A stretch of DNA of 64,000 bases, from the NCBI RefSeq assembly GCF_009914755.1, contig NC_060932.1. The stretch is one strand, 5' to 3'. Position numbers and translations under genes: made by a program. The first letter of the stretch is position 1; every line of letters begins with the position of its first letter. Shown here piece by piece: positions 22,269 through 38,025 of this stretch. The notes beneath the pieces are model-generated. The model was given only the letters and a program-made list of their open reading frames with translations, was not told the origin of the DNA and did not search any database. Source of the DNA: the human T2T-CHM13v2.0 reference genome, Homo sapiens.

Positions 22269-22761
22269 TTTTTTTTGTGAGTCTTCCAAATTTGTTCTTC
22301 TTTTACAAGGTTATTTGGGAAATTCTGGGTCTCCTGCAATTCCTCTTACAGTTTTATGCTGTGTGTCAATTTCTGTGGCTGGGTCTATGAGAACTTATCG
22401 TAGTTCTCATAGACCAGGGTTTGCATGTTGCTGTCTAGAGCCCGGATCTGCTGCACCATGTCCGTCTCACTATCCATCAGCTGGGCCAGAGGGCACTCTC
22501 TAGGAAGCTTGTCTAGGTAAACTTCCGGGTCGAAGTGTACCCCGTTCATATCAGTGGGGTCCAGGGGGTCGGTCCCCGCAGGGAGTCCCACCGCCTCCAC
22601 TTCCGAGAGGCCGTTGTAAAACTTCAGCATCCTGTCCGCCTTCCACCGACGCTCCTTGAGCCTCCCCCTCGGGCCCTTCTGGGGAGTCCCCAGGTCCACA
22701 CCCCGGGCTAGGCCCAGTGACAGCTGCCGCCGCCATAGCTCCAACTGCAGCCCACGGGCGT
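22269..22761 (-). pseudogene. VPS51: VPS51 processed pseudogene (5' UTR + N-terminal coding part + L1-like terminal segment + poly(A))
   Basis: [23 protein letters not shown].. and [64 protein letters not shown]; intronless, frameshifted; imperfect TSD AACTTTATAT (22219-22228) / AACTTTTATAT (22762-22772). Confidence 0.92.
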
Positions 22762-23477
22762 AACTTTTATATTTTTAAGTTGGATACATGGAGCTACTTG
22801 GCTTTTGCTTTCATCACCTCTTTGAGGAAAGAGCTGGTTGCTTATGGTACCCCTGTTTTTACTGCAACGTGTAATGGATGAGAACCTCCCTGTTGCAGAG
22901 AGCAAAACACTGAATTAAATTGTGCTGTAACACAGCTCTGTATTGGGGGAGTGGGAGTGATCATGCAAACGCTTGCAAATTTGCACAGTGACAGAGACAA
23001 TCGTTTGGGCACCTGTTCACTATATGAAAAGGCAATTGACCAAAAGTCAGTTACTGAGCTATCTCAATACTTTCATTTTATTTTAACTTTTGGCAGCAGC
23101 GTGCAATTAAAGGAGAGAAAGAAAACAAAGTGATAAGTGTAAGATAATGTACACACATGTGTAAAAGAAAATGACAAGACAGGATGACGATTTGTCTCTT
23201 GGTTAGCTCCTTGGGCTCTATGTCTCCTTCCTCGGAGAACCTCGTTTTCCTTTGTCCAGATTTGTTAGGGTGGGTAATCCAGGCGCCTGCTCCCCCATGA
23301 TGGAAGCCAAAGACGTCCCTGGAGCAGCGTCCCGCTGCATCCTTTCCTGCACTGCCCACATGGACACAACTCAGCCGATTAGTCTTCCTCTCAGAACTTT
23401 AGTCTTGAGCAAAGGGATTAAAAGGTGAAGTGACTAAAGGTATGCCCTTCCAAAGTGGTACGTGAGCTAACGGATAA

Positions 23478-23810
<333 letters not shown>

Positions 23811-24742
23811 TTCAAAGAGTTTTAAGCAGAGCTCAGAGGTCTTAACCACAGGCACATCGGAGGAGCATTTTTGAAACACTTTCCAGCTTCCTCAATAGGA
23901 ATGGAAGCCAAACTCCGAATTGATGACTCCTTTGAGGAAGTTGAGAGCTGTAAGGAAAGCCAGGAACAGGGGCAAGGGAGAGATGCGTCCCGAATGATCC
24001 TGTGCAAATTCTTTCTGGAATCCTTGATGTGATCTCAGCTGCCCTTTCTATACATGACACAGTGATTGTGGCACCCACTGGTCTAGCTGTGGTCAACAAG
24101 GAACCCACAAAGGGAAGGGCACAGTGAGTAGGGGCATCCGCCTGAGTGACGAGGATTTGAGAGGGCAGGTTGGTTGCAGGGAGAGGACTTGCCAAATGCC
24201 ATGTGTCTGGACTTAGACTGCCTGGTTCAAATTGGACTTCGCCCTTTTTGACTTCGTGATCTGGTACAAGCTGCATGAAAATCCGTTGCGCTTTTTCTAG
24301 TCTGTAAAATCATCATGAAATGTGCACTAATAACGTGGAGACTATGCAGATGAAATGAAACAAGCTGCATAGAGCACAGAGCTCAGAGCCTGGCCTTTAG
24401 GAAGCCCTCAGTAAGGGTTCATGATGCCATGGTGTCTGTCGTCATCCTCTTTATCCTCATCATCACCTTCATAATCTCTTTGTTGTTCTTAGGGAATAGT
24501 TAGAGGGACTGATTCCCTGCTATCATGGGTGAGATGTTTATGAAAAGGACAACCAGTGGGGGAGGAAAGCAAAATTTTGAATAAGATTTCTGAGACCCCC
24601 AGCACAACCAAGAACATAAACTGCACAGTCTGCTGAGCAGAGAGTTGCACATTGGTCTCCTCACATCTGCCCACCGCACTCTCCTGTTTGTCCTGAGGAT
24701 GAGGAAACAAACAAGTCTCCCGACCGTCCCTCAGCACTCACT

Positions 24743-25761
24743 TGAAGGGGTGGCCGCCTCCTCCTCCACAGCTGTGGGTATTTCCAGTCGGGTAGGACGA
24801 GAGACTGAGAAAAGAAATAAGATACAGAGACAAAGTATGGAGAAACAACAGTGGGCCTAGGGGACCGCCGCTCAGCATACCAAGGACCTGCACCGGCACA
24901 GGACTCTGAGTTCCCTCAGTTTTTATTGACTATTATTTTTATTATTTTAGCAAAAAGGAATGTAGTAGGAGCACAGGGTGATAATAAGGAGAAGGTCAGC
25001 AACGAACATGTGAGAAATAGAATCTATTTCATAAGGAATTTCAAGGAAAGGTACTATGACTGGATGTGTACGTAAGCCAGATTTATGTTTCTCTCCACCC
25101 AAACATCTCAGTGGAGTAAAGAATAACAAGGCAGCATTGCTGCAAACATGTCTCGCCTCTCACCATAGGGCGGTTTTTCTCCCATCTCAGAATTGAACAA
25201 ATGTACAATCGGGTTTTATACCGAGACATTCAGTTCCCAGGGGCAGGCAGGAAACAGCGGCCTTCCTCTCTCTCAACTGCAAGAGGCTTTCCTCTTTGAC
25301 TAATCCACCTCAGCACAGACCCTTTACGGGGGGCGGGCTGGGGGATGGTCAGGTCTTTCTCATCCCACCAGGCCATATTTCAGACTATCACATGGGGAGA
25401 AACCTTGGACAATACCCTGCTTTCAAGGGCAGGGCTCCCTGCGGCTTTCCACAGTGTATTGTGCCCCTGGTTTATTGATACTAGAGAATGGCGATGACTT
25501 TTACAAAGTATACTGCTTGGAAACATCTTGTTAACAAGGCAAGTCCTGCATAACCCTAGATCCCTTAAACCTTGATTTCATACAACACATGTTTTTGTGA
25601 GCTTCAGGTTGGGTCAAAGTGGCTGGGGCAAAGCTACAGATTAACAACATCTCAGCAAAGCAATTGTTGAAAGTACAGGTCTTTCTCAAAATGGAGTCTC
25701 TTATGTCTTTCCTTTCTACATAGACACAGTAAGAGTCTGATCTCTCTTTCTTTTCCCTACA
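24743..25761 (-). mobile_element. Solo HERV-K(HML-2) LTR5 (LTR5A/B-like)
   Basis: Reverse strand TGTAGGGAAAAGAAAGAGAGATCAGA...CCACCCCTTCA; 6-bp TSD CTCACT at 24737-24742 and 25762-25767. Confidence 0.93.
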
Positions 25762-26149
25762 CTCACTGAACTGCCTCTCCCCTCTGCTGGGACATGACCA
25801 CGGAGAACAGGTCCACTGTCCTCCCTGCGTGGTGCACCATGGAGGCTCAGGCTCCGTCCTCAAGGCTGGCAAGAAGACAGGGTGAGACATGAGCCTCCTG
25901 ATACAGGTGACGGCTGTGGAGACCACAGGACTGCAACCTCACACTGCAGGGCGGGAGGCACAGACTGAGTATTTACTATCCTGTGGCCTGGGGGGCTCAG
26001 GCACAGAGCTCCTCATTAGCCAAAGCCGCCCAAGTTCCCCAACCTCTAAGGATGTCCTCATAATAATGCAAGAAGAAGAGAAAAGTGAGTGTCCATAGAA
26101 ACTTTGGGGCTCCTCCTCTAATCAGAAGAAAGCTGGTGTGTATTCTTCG

Positions 26150-29300
<3,151 letters not shown>

Positions 29301-29487
29301 TATTGAAACAAATTTCTAAAGAGCAAATATTTTCAAAGTCTCAGAATGTGAAACTTCAGGGATACCGTGCCCATTTTTTTCTTTTCTATTTCCCATCTTA
29401 TGTATCTGCAAGTGTATAACAAAGCAGCAATTGATGTGTGTATAATTCGATAACTTCAACAATTGCAAAATGTAAATGCTAAGTGGT

Positions 29488-29923
<436 letters not shown>

Positions 29924-30688
29924 TCATATTACAATTAATTTCTGTTCTTACTCATTGCAGCTTGATGCCTCTAAAAACTTCGTCATTGGAACCACCTCTG
30001 GTGCTTTAAAAGAAAAAAAAAAAAATCCACACACTCACACAGGTGCAAGGAAATCAGAATCTCAGGTATTGAGAACCAGTCCTCATCATGTGTAAGCTGC
30101 CCAGGTGATTTGACTCAAAGCCAAGATTGAGGAACGGCGACATGGATATCTACACAGAACCTGCCTAAATAGATTCTCTAGAAGAAGTTTATAAAGAAAT
30201 TCCACATGAACTGTGGAAGAGGATATGAATTTGATGTACAGTATGTCCTCATTTAACATCTTTGAAAGTCTCTTGGAAACTTCATCTTGAAGCAAAATTA
30301 TGTATAGTGAAACCACTTATTTTTCATCAACAGTATAACTACACGACTTTGAACAACCAATGCTGTTGGAGGACCTTCTGTACATTGTTTCCATAAAGTC
30401 AGTTTTCAGGGAATTCCAAAACGAAGTGAGGACTTCGTGTATATAAAATGATGGTTGTGATTCCACCTGGATGGCATGGTTATTGCTCAGAGACTAAAAG
30501 AGGCCACCTAGGTATAGAAGATTCTGTCATGAGGTTTCTGCTAAACCAAGGATCCCAGAATCGTCACTCATTCCAGATAAAGGCATAACGAAGAAAGCGA
30601 TATTCACAAAGGAAATGCGGAAAGGAATAAAAGCCATCAAGCCACAAAAAGAATGTGACTGAGGGGCAGGATTTGCAGATGTAGAGAT

Positions 30689-31666
30689 TTAATGTGGTTG
30701 CCCTTTCTCACCCACACAAGAAAAAGGATGGAACAGATCATGATATTCGACTGCTCTGCTGCGCAGCCTCCGCAGGGCACTTTGTATGTCCCTGTTTCTC
30801 AGGCTGCAGATGAAAAGGTTCAGCATGCGGTGACCACAGCGTACATCACTGAAGCCACCACACCATTCCTGGGGGGTGGTGACCCAGCTGAAGTCAGGTA
30901 CAAGCCAATGCCTGTTCCATAAAACCAGCAAACAACTGCTAGATGACAGCCACAGGTGGAGAAGGCTTTATACTTCCCATCTGACGATGAAATCCTTAGA
31001 ATGGAGGGGACAATTTTATAGTAAGACAAAAAGATCCCTGAAATGGGAAGAAAACCAAACATAGTACTATCGAAATATATGAATATGTTATTGATGACGC
31101 TGTCAGAACAGGCAAGTTTGAGAAGTTGAGAGGGGTCACAGACCAAATTAGAGATTTCCACATTCTTGATGATGGTTAATTGTAACACAATCCAACTGTG
31201 CAGCTGGGAATCCAACAGGCTAAGGAAAAAGGACACCAAAACGAAGAAGACACAGAGGTGAGGATTCACGATGATTGGGTAGTGCAGAGGGCGACAGATG
31301 GCTACAAAGCAGTCATAGGCCATCACAGTCAGGAGCATGCCTTCTATACATGCAACAAGGAGCAGGAAAGACATCTGTGTCAGGCAGCCCGCATGAGAGA
31401 TGACTCTGCTATGCGACTGCGTGTCCACAATCATCTTGGGAACCATGGCCGAGGTGAAACCGATGTCAGGCCAGCACAGGTTGGAGAGGAAGAAGTACAT
31501 GGGGGTGTGGAGGGGGCAGTCAGAGCTGACAGCCAGGATGCTGAGCAGGTTCCTCAGCACCGTGACCAGATACATGGACAGGGACAGGGACAGCAAAGCG
31601 AGGACCGGCTGCAGTTCTGGATCCTCTGAGAGTCCCAGGAGGAGGAATTCTCAGACATCTGTGAGA
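30689..31666 (-). pseudogene. Olfactory receptor family 7E pseudogene
   Basis: OR motifs LHTPMYFFLSNL, MAYDCFVAICRPLHY, KAFSTCGCHL, MLNLFICSLRNRDIQSAL; N-terminus LTDV*EFLLLGLSEDPELQP has a TGA and no ATG; frameshift in TM7. Confidence 0.93.
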
Positions 31667-31667
31667 T

Positions 31668-32055
31668 ATTAGTCCCAACATCCCAGAGGGTGTACACTAC
31701 CCCTGTGATATTGTCCCTAACTTCCAGAGGGGAGAGGATGACATCACTCCCAATATCTCAGAAGTTGTACATCCCCCGTGATATTGTTCGTCATATCCAG
31801 GGAGGCGCAGGATGACATTCCATTGAATTTCGCGACAGGCCTACACGCACAGTGTGATACTGTTCCTACTATCCAAGAAGGGAGAGGATGATATTACTCA
31901 CAATAAAGCAGTGGGTGTACATCACCCCTGTGTTGTTGTCTCTAATATCCGGGGCCGGGGGAGGAGGGGAGAGGATAACATTGCCTCCAATTTAGCAGGT
32001 GGTTTGACGCCCCTTGTGCTGTTGTTTTAAATATCCAGCGGGGAAGACAGTAGTA
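31668..32055. repeat. SATR-type satellite, ~80-bp degenerate units
   Basis: Recurrent GGGTGTACAC..CCCCTGTGATATTGTTC.TAATATCCAG..GGGAGAGGATGATATTACTC. Confidence 0.85.
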
Positions 32056-35000
32056 CTATTTTTGATAGTCCGATTCATCCTCTCCACCTTTCCGGAACTC
32101 TGAGGCCGGGAGGCGGCATGTAGTTTCCGTGTGATCCCCAATACCTTTGCCGTTTTCTGTACCAAGGCAGCCAAAAACGCAGGCCCGTTGTCTGAGCCGA
32201 TCCATAAGGGCGGTCGAAATCTAGGAATCACATCTCGAAGAAGCACAGGGGTTACTTCACCAGCTTTCTCAGTTCGTGTTGGATAGGCCTCCACCCACCC
32301 AGAGTAGGTACGCCCAAGAACCAGTACATGCTTGTTACCTCCACACTTTGGCATCTCTGTGAAGTCCACCTGGAGACCTTCAAAGGGGGCTGCTCCACAA
32401 GCTCGTATGCCGGGCGGAACGGCTGGACCTTGACTCCCATCATGCTGTCAGCAGGTAACACACCGCTGCCTCACCGTTTTGGCAAGGGTTGACAAAGGCG
32501 AGATGTAGAAATACCGGCCTAACAACTTTTCCAGTGACTCCTGACCTCGATGGGTGTTTTCTTGCACAGCCAGTACAACTGCAGCTCCTAGCAGCTGTGG
32601 CACAGCTACTCTCCTATCTGGTAACTGAATCCATCCTTCCTCCATCACTTGTCCTTCCCTCTACCTGGAGAAAGTCCTTTCTTCTTTAGAAGAAGCAGGT
32701 CCAAGATCAGGTGCTTGAGGGAGCACTGATGCCCAGAAGGGGGCAGTTGCTGCTTTTCGAGCCTCTGACTCAGCGCGGGAATTCCCCAAACACAGCAAGG
32801 TGGAAGCTCGCTGGTGTCCTCTGCAATGCCTAACTGCCACCTTGTGGGGTTTCCATACTGCTTCTAATCATTGCAAGATTTCTTGTGGATATTTTCTGTC
32901 TTTCCCCCCAGAATTCAATAGGCCCTTTTCTTTCTATCACACTCCATGCACTTGAAGGGTTAAAAAGACATACCGAGAATCAGTGTAAGTGTTGACAGTC
33001 TCACCCTCACTGAGTTCTAAGGCCCCAATGAAAGCATTGAGTTCAGCTTTCTGGGCTGAAGTGGCCTGGGGCAACGACCTGGTTTCAACAACAGTGTCCA
33101 GAGTTATCACTGCATACCCTGCACCTCTCTCTCCTTGGGGGTTGAAGAAGCTGCTCCCATCCACGTGTGGTTCCCAGTCTACTGATGCCCAAGTCTGGTC
33201 CCGGAGCTCAGGTCTGCTAGAGTCAATTGAGTCCAACACTTCTACACAATCAGGCTCGACAGGGCTCCCTGATACCGGCAGCAAGGTGGCGGGGTGTAGG
33301 GTGTTACAAACTTCAATGGTTATACGGGGATTTTCACAGACCAAAGTTTGGTACTTGGTGAGCCTGGCATTCGTTAGCCAATGACGTCCTTTAGTATTCA
33401 TCACCACAGCACGGGAGGCCTTTATGTTCAGGTTTCGCCCAAGAGTCAGCTTATTTGCTTCTTATACTAGCAGGGCAGTTGCTGCCAAGGCCCTCCAACA
33501 GGGGGGCCATCCTTTAGAAACCCCGTCTAGTGGTTTACAGAGGTAGGCCACCAGCCTCAGCCAGGGCCCCACAGTTTGGGTTCAAAGTCCAGCTGCCATC
33601 CTTTCTCTCTCTGATGCATACAATGGAAAAGGCTTTGTCAGATCGGGTAGCCTCAGGGCTGGTGCTGCCAGAAGTTTTTCCTTTAACTCATGAAATACTT
33701 GCTGTTGTTGGGATCCGCATTCCAAAGATTCCCCGTCCCCGCCCCCCTTGTGACCTCATACAAAAACTTGGCTAATACTGCAAAGTTTGGGATCCACAGT
33801 CTACAAAACCCCACAGCTCCTAAGAATTCTCTCACCTGCCTTCTGCTCTTAGGCTCCGCTAGATGGCAAATGACCTGCTTTCTTTCTGATCCCGGGCTGC
33901 GTTCCGACCCCTGTCGGATAGTAAATCCCAAGTAACGTACCTGCTGTCGGCAGATCTGAGCTTTCTTCTTGGACACCTTCTACCCACAGTCCTCCAGGTG
34001 CGGTGTAGGGCATCTGTTCCCTTGGCACACCCGACTGCCGTGGGGTGTCCCAGCAGAAGGTCATCAACCTACTGGAGCAACAAGCAGCCTAGGTCTCTGC
34101 TAGGAAACTTCTGGAGGTCTCGAGCCCATGCCTCCCCGAAGATGGTGGGGGAGTTCTTGAACCTTTGGGGAAGCCCGGTCCAAGTGTACTAAGTAGTGAC
34201 ACCTGACTCCGGATCTTCCCACTGAAAGGCAAACAGCTTCTGCCTCTCAGGGGCTAATCTGATAGGAAGGAAAGCGTCTTTTAGGTCCAAGCAGGTGAAC
34301 CAGCTGTCCTCAGCTGGCGGCAACCCTAACAATGTGGACGGGTTAGGTACTGTTGGATGTAAAGTCAGTGTGGCTTGATGAAGCAAGCGCAAATCCTGTA
34401 CCGGCCGGTAGTCCTTGGTCCGTGGCTTGGGAACAGGCAGGAGGGGAGTGTTCCATGGAGACTGACAAGGAACAATCATTCCAAACGTTCTTAGGTGCTT
34501 GAGATGGACCTGGATACCTTGAAGGGCTTCTCTGGGGACCGAGTCCTGTTTTTGCCTCACCGGCTGGGCCCCAGTCTTAACTGGCCAATCCTGGAGGGTT
34601 CTCTTCTGCCCGAACTCTTGGCCAGCGCTTAGCCAGAGCTGGTCTTTTCTCTTTGCCGGGGTCAGTTCAGAAAAGTCTCCATTCCTCCTCTCGGGGGACC
34701 ATAAGCGTCATAATGACTCCCATTCCGGGTAACTTTAGCAGCAAAGAGCCGTGCTCTGTGAAAGAGGCAGTGGCTCTCAGCTTGCTGAGCAAGTCCCTTC
34801 CTGAAAAGTTCAAGAGACTGTCAGGCATGTAACAAAACTGATGAATGACTTTATGTCCTCCTACAGGACAAGTCCAAGGCAAGCAGAAAGCTTGCTTTGC
34901 TGAAACCCCCGTGGCTCCGATGACGTCAGTAGTCTTTTTCGGTAAGGGGACGACCGGGGCGGTTACTAGCGAATGTTCAGCACCGCTATCTACAAGAAAG

Positions 35001-36140
35001 TTAATGTCTCCACCCCTGACTGTCATTCTGAACAGATGTCAGAATGGGGATGCTTGAGCCCGGTCTCCCTCAGTCCAAGAACCCTTCTGCCAGGTTGAGC
35101 AGGGCCCCTTCCTCCTTGTCCGGGGCCTCCGGCTCTGAGTCACCTTCTTTTCTTTTGAGCTGAGGGCATTTGTTCTTCCACTGTCCTATTTCTTTACAAT
35201 CAGCACACTGGTTACGCTGCAAACTCTGACAGCCAAGCTGAGTTTCTTTCCCAGGGCCCCCTTTCCCTTGCCTCTTTGCGGGGGCCCCTCTGATTGCTGC
35301 AGCTGACAAACAGGTCGGCGTGTGGCCGGGACTGACCTCCATCCTCTTTGCCGTTTTCCTTACGGCTTACTGCATACCTGTTTACAAACACCTGGCTAGC
35401 TATTTCTAGTAATTGGGATGGATTCTTCCCTGCAAGCCCAGTCTGTTTCTGCAGTTTTCTTCTCATGTCTTCTGCACTTTGATGGACTAAAGCCATGTGA
35501 ATCATGCGCTGATTTTCAGGGCTATCGGGATCAAAGGGAGTATACATATGATAGGCCTCATACAGTCTCTCGTAGAATTGTGCTGGACTTTCTTCTTTTC
35601 CCTGAATGACCTCAGAGAGCTTGTTAACGTTTGTGGCCTTCGGAGCTCCCCTCATTAATCCTTCCAAGAGAGCTTCCCTGTCTCGGTTTAGCCTTTGCAT
35701 CTCCTCTCTTTCATGTAGGTCCAACTGGGGGTCGGTTCCTGGCAACTGGGTCCTTCCATACTGTTGGGGGTTTTGATAATCAGCTGGTGCATGTTCCTCT
35801 AGCCACTTAGTTGCTGCTTGGAGGACTCTCTGCCTTTCTTCACTGTTAAAGAGGAAAATGAGCAACTGGTGCCAATCGGTCCAGGTGTGGTTGTGGGTCT
35901 GGATAACAGTTTGGAGCAAATCAATTAGGGCTTGTGGCTTTTCGGTATAGGGCGATGTATTATTTTTCCAGTTGAGAAGGTCGACGCAGGTGAAGGGCTG
36001 GTACCCAAAAACACGTCTCTCCACTACATGAGCATTTTCATCTATCCCAGTATACCGCTGCTCTCTCAGGGGCATTTGTGTCCCCGTTTTGGGTCGTAAA
36101 CGAGCTGCCGAGGAAGGGGTGGAATGGCGCAATGCGACTT
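32056..36140 (-). mobile_element. LTR-less HERV-E-like (gammaretroviral) gag-pro-pol fragment, defective
   Basis: Capsid YQPFT..DLLNWKNN..QGKEESPAQFYERL; NC CADCKEIGQWKNKC; gag TGA; protease FLVDSGAEHS; RT WNTPLLPV..YRPVQDLR, LDLKDAF, YVDD mutated to *VDD (TAG 34069-34071); RNase H DGSS..AQKAEL..YTDSRY; integrase DFTEMP..SDNGPAF..PQSSGKVERMNRT, truncated; many stops and frameshifts. Confidence 0.9.
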
Positions 36141-36142
36141 AC

Positions 36143-36490
36143 CGCAATTAATAATCTCAATTATTAACTGACACTAATAATTATCAATATTAATAACCCA
36201 TAATATAATTTTTAAAATCAATACCGATACTAATGATAATTAATATTAAATAGTTATACTAACAATAACAATACATGATTAATATTAATGATTATGACGC
36301 CTGATATTAATAACTGATACGGATCTTATTCATCAGAAAATAGTAATATTAGCTCCTAATAATTAATATTAATATTAATAATCTGAGAACTTTTTATTAG
36401 CAATTACTTCTTAATATTAATATTAATATCGGCCATTCATATTCATGTTAATAAAAAACAAGGAATAATTCATACTAATAGTATGCCCTA
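36143..36490. repeat. Very AT-rich low-complexity tract (TAATATTAAT-rich)
   Basis: Near-pure A/T with repeated TAATAT/ATTAAT between the HERV end and the satellite. Confidence 0.85.
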
Positions 36491-37140
36491 ATACCTCAGT
36501 GGGTGTACACCCACCTGTGATATTGTTCCTAATGTTCAGGCAGTGAGAGAGCATGATATTACGTTCAATATCGCAGCAGGTGCACACCCAGCCGGTGATA
36601 TTGATCCGAATATAATCTCCAGGGGGTGGAGTATGACATTACTCCCAATATAGCACTGGGTGTGCATCCACCCGGTGATTTTGTTCCTAATATTCATGGA
36701 AGAAGAGAATGCTATTACTCCCAACATCGTAGGAAGTGTACATCCCCGTGTGACATGGTTCTTAATAATATTCCAAGGCGGAGGGGGTGATATGACTACA
36801 CATATGGCAGAAAGTGGACACCCCCAAGGATATTGTTCCCACGATCCTGGAGGGAAGAGGATGATATTACTTTCAGTATCACAGAAGGTGGACACGCCCC
36901 CACTGATATTGTTTCTAATTGCAACGTGGGAGAGGATGATATGACACGCGATATCCCAGAGAGTAGAAACACCCCTGTGATACTGTTCTTAATATTCAGA
37001 GAGGAAGAGGATGATATGACTCCCAATACAGACGGGTGTACAACCTCTGTACGCCGGGGTGAACACCGGTGGGTGAAACAGTTCACAATCTTCAGAGCGG
37101 GAGACGATATTACTCACAATATGATAAACAGGCTGTGAGT
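36490..37140. repeat. SATR-type satellite, ~80-bp units
   Basis: Same motif set as 31668-32055. Confidence 0.85.
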
Positions 37141-37144
37141 CCAC

Positions 37145-37498
37145 CGCGGATCCTAAAAACCAGGGGGGCAAGAGGGGATAGCTCTTACTCTCCGCATGGC
37201 GGGGCGTGCCTCACCCCCTGCGATGGGGGTCCTAAGAGCCAGGAGGTAAGATGGGAAGGCTCTTAATACCCGCATCAAGGGGCGTGCCTCACACCACTGC
37301 GATGGGGGTCCTGAGAGCCAGGGGGGCAAGAGGGGCTGGCTCTTACCCCAAGCATAGCAGGACGTGACTCACCCCGCTGCGATGGGGGAAACTAAGAGCC
37401 AGGGGGGCAAGAGGGTTTGGCTCTTACAACCCGAAACGGGGGGAGTGCCTCATACCCTGCGATGCGGGTCCTAAGAGCCAGGGAGGCAAGAGGGGCTG
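37145..37498. repeat. GC-rich ~80-bp tandem repeat, ~4.5 copies
   Basis: CCTAAGAGCCAGG-like motif recurs at ~37231, 37310, 37391, 37470. Confidence 0.88.
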
Positions 37499-38025
37499 CG
37501 GGAGACAGTGGCTGTCCTCCATCTAAACTGCAAGAGGCTTTCCTCTTTGACTAATCCACCTCGGCACAGACCTTTTACGGGTCTCAGGCTGGGGGCCAGT
37601 CAGGTCTTTAACATCCCACGGGGCCATATTTCAGACTGTTACATGGGGAGAAACCTTGGACAATAACCTGCTTTCAAGGGCAGAGGTCGCTGCGGCTTTC
37701 CACGGTGCATAGTGCCCCTGGTTTATTGAAACTAGAGAATGGCAATGACTTTTACCAAGTATACTGCTTGTAAACATTTGGTTAACAAAGCACGTCCTGC
37801 ACAGCCCTAGATCCCTTAAACCTCGATTTTATACAACACAGGTTTTCTGAGCTCTAAGTTGGGTCAAAGGGGCTGGGGCAAAGTAGATGAGGCAAGGCAA
37901 CAAATGAACAACATCTCAGCAAAGCAATAGTTTAAACTACAGGTCTTTTTCAAAATGGAGTCTCTTATGTCTTCCCCTTCTACATAGACAAAGTGACAGT
38001 CTGATCTCTCTTTCTTTACCCTACA
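37499..38025 (-). mobile_element. Truncated LTR5 (5'/U3 half only) at the array edge
   Basis: Ends CCCTACA|TCCAAG like the other array LTRs; left half replaced by satellite. Confidence 0.9.

Noticed and set aside
30820-31596. 258-aa ORF as a functional olfactory receptor
   Set aside because: Upstream in-frame TGA, no native start, and a TM7 frameshift removes the NPxxYSLRN region from the frame.
32056-36140. Replication-competent or domesticated retroviral gag-pol
   Set aside because: YVDD is destroyed by a stop, the NC knuckle His is lost, there are multiple frameshifts, and no LTR or env.
36490-37498. CRISPR-like repeat-spacer array
   Set aside because: Degenerate head-to-tail monomers with no unique spacers, no cas genes, in a primate context.
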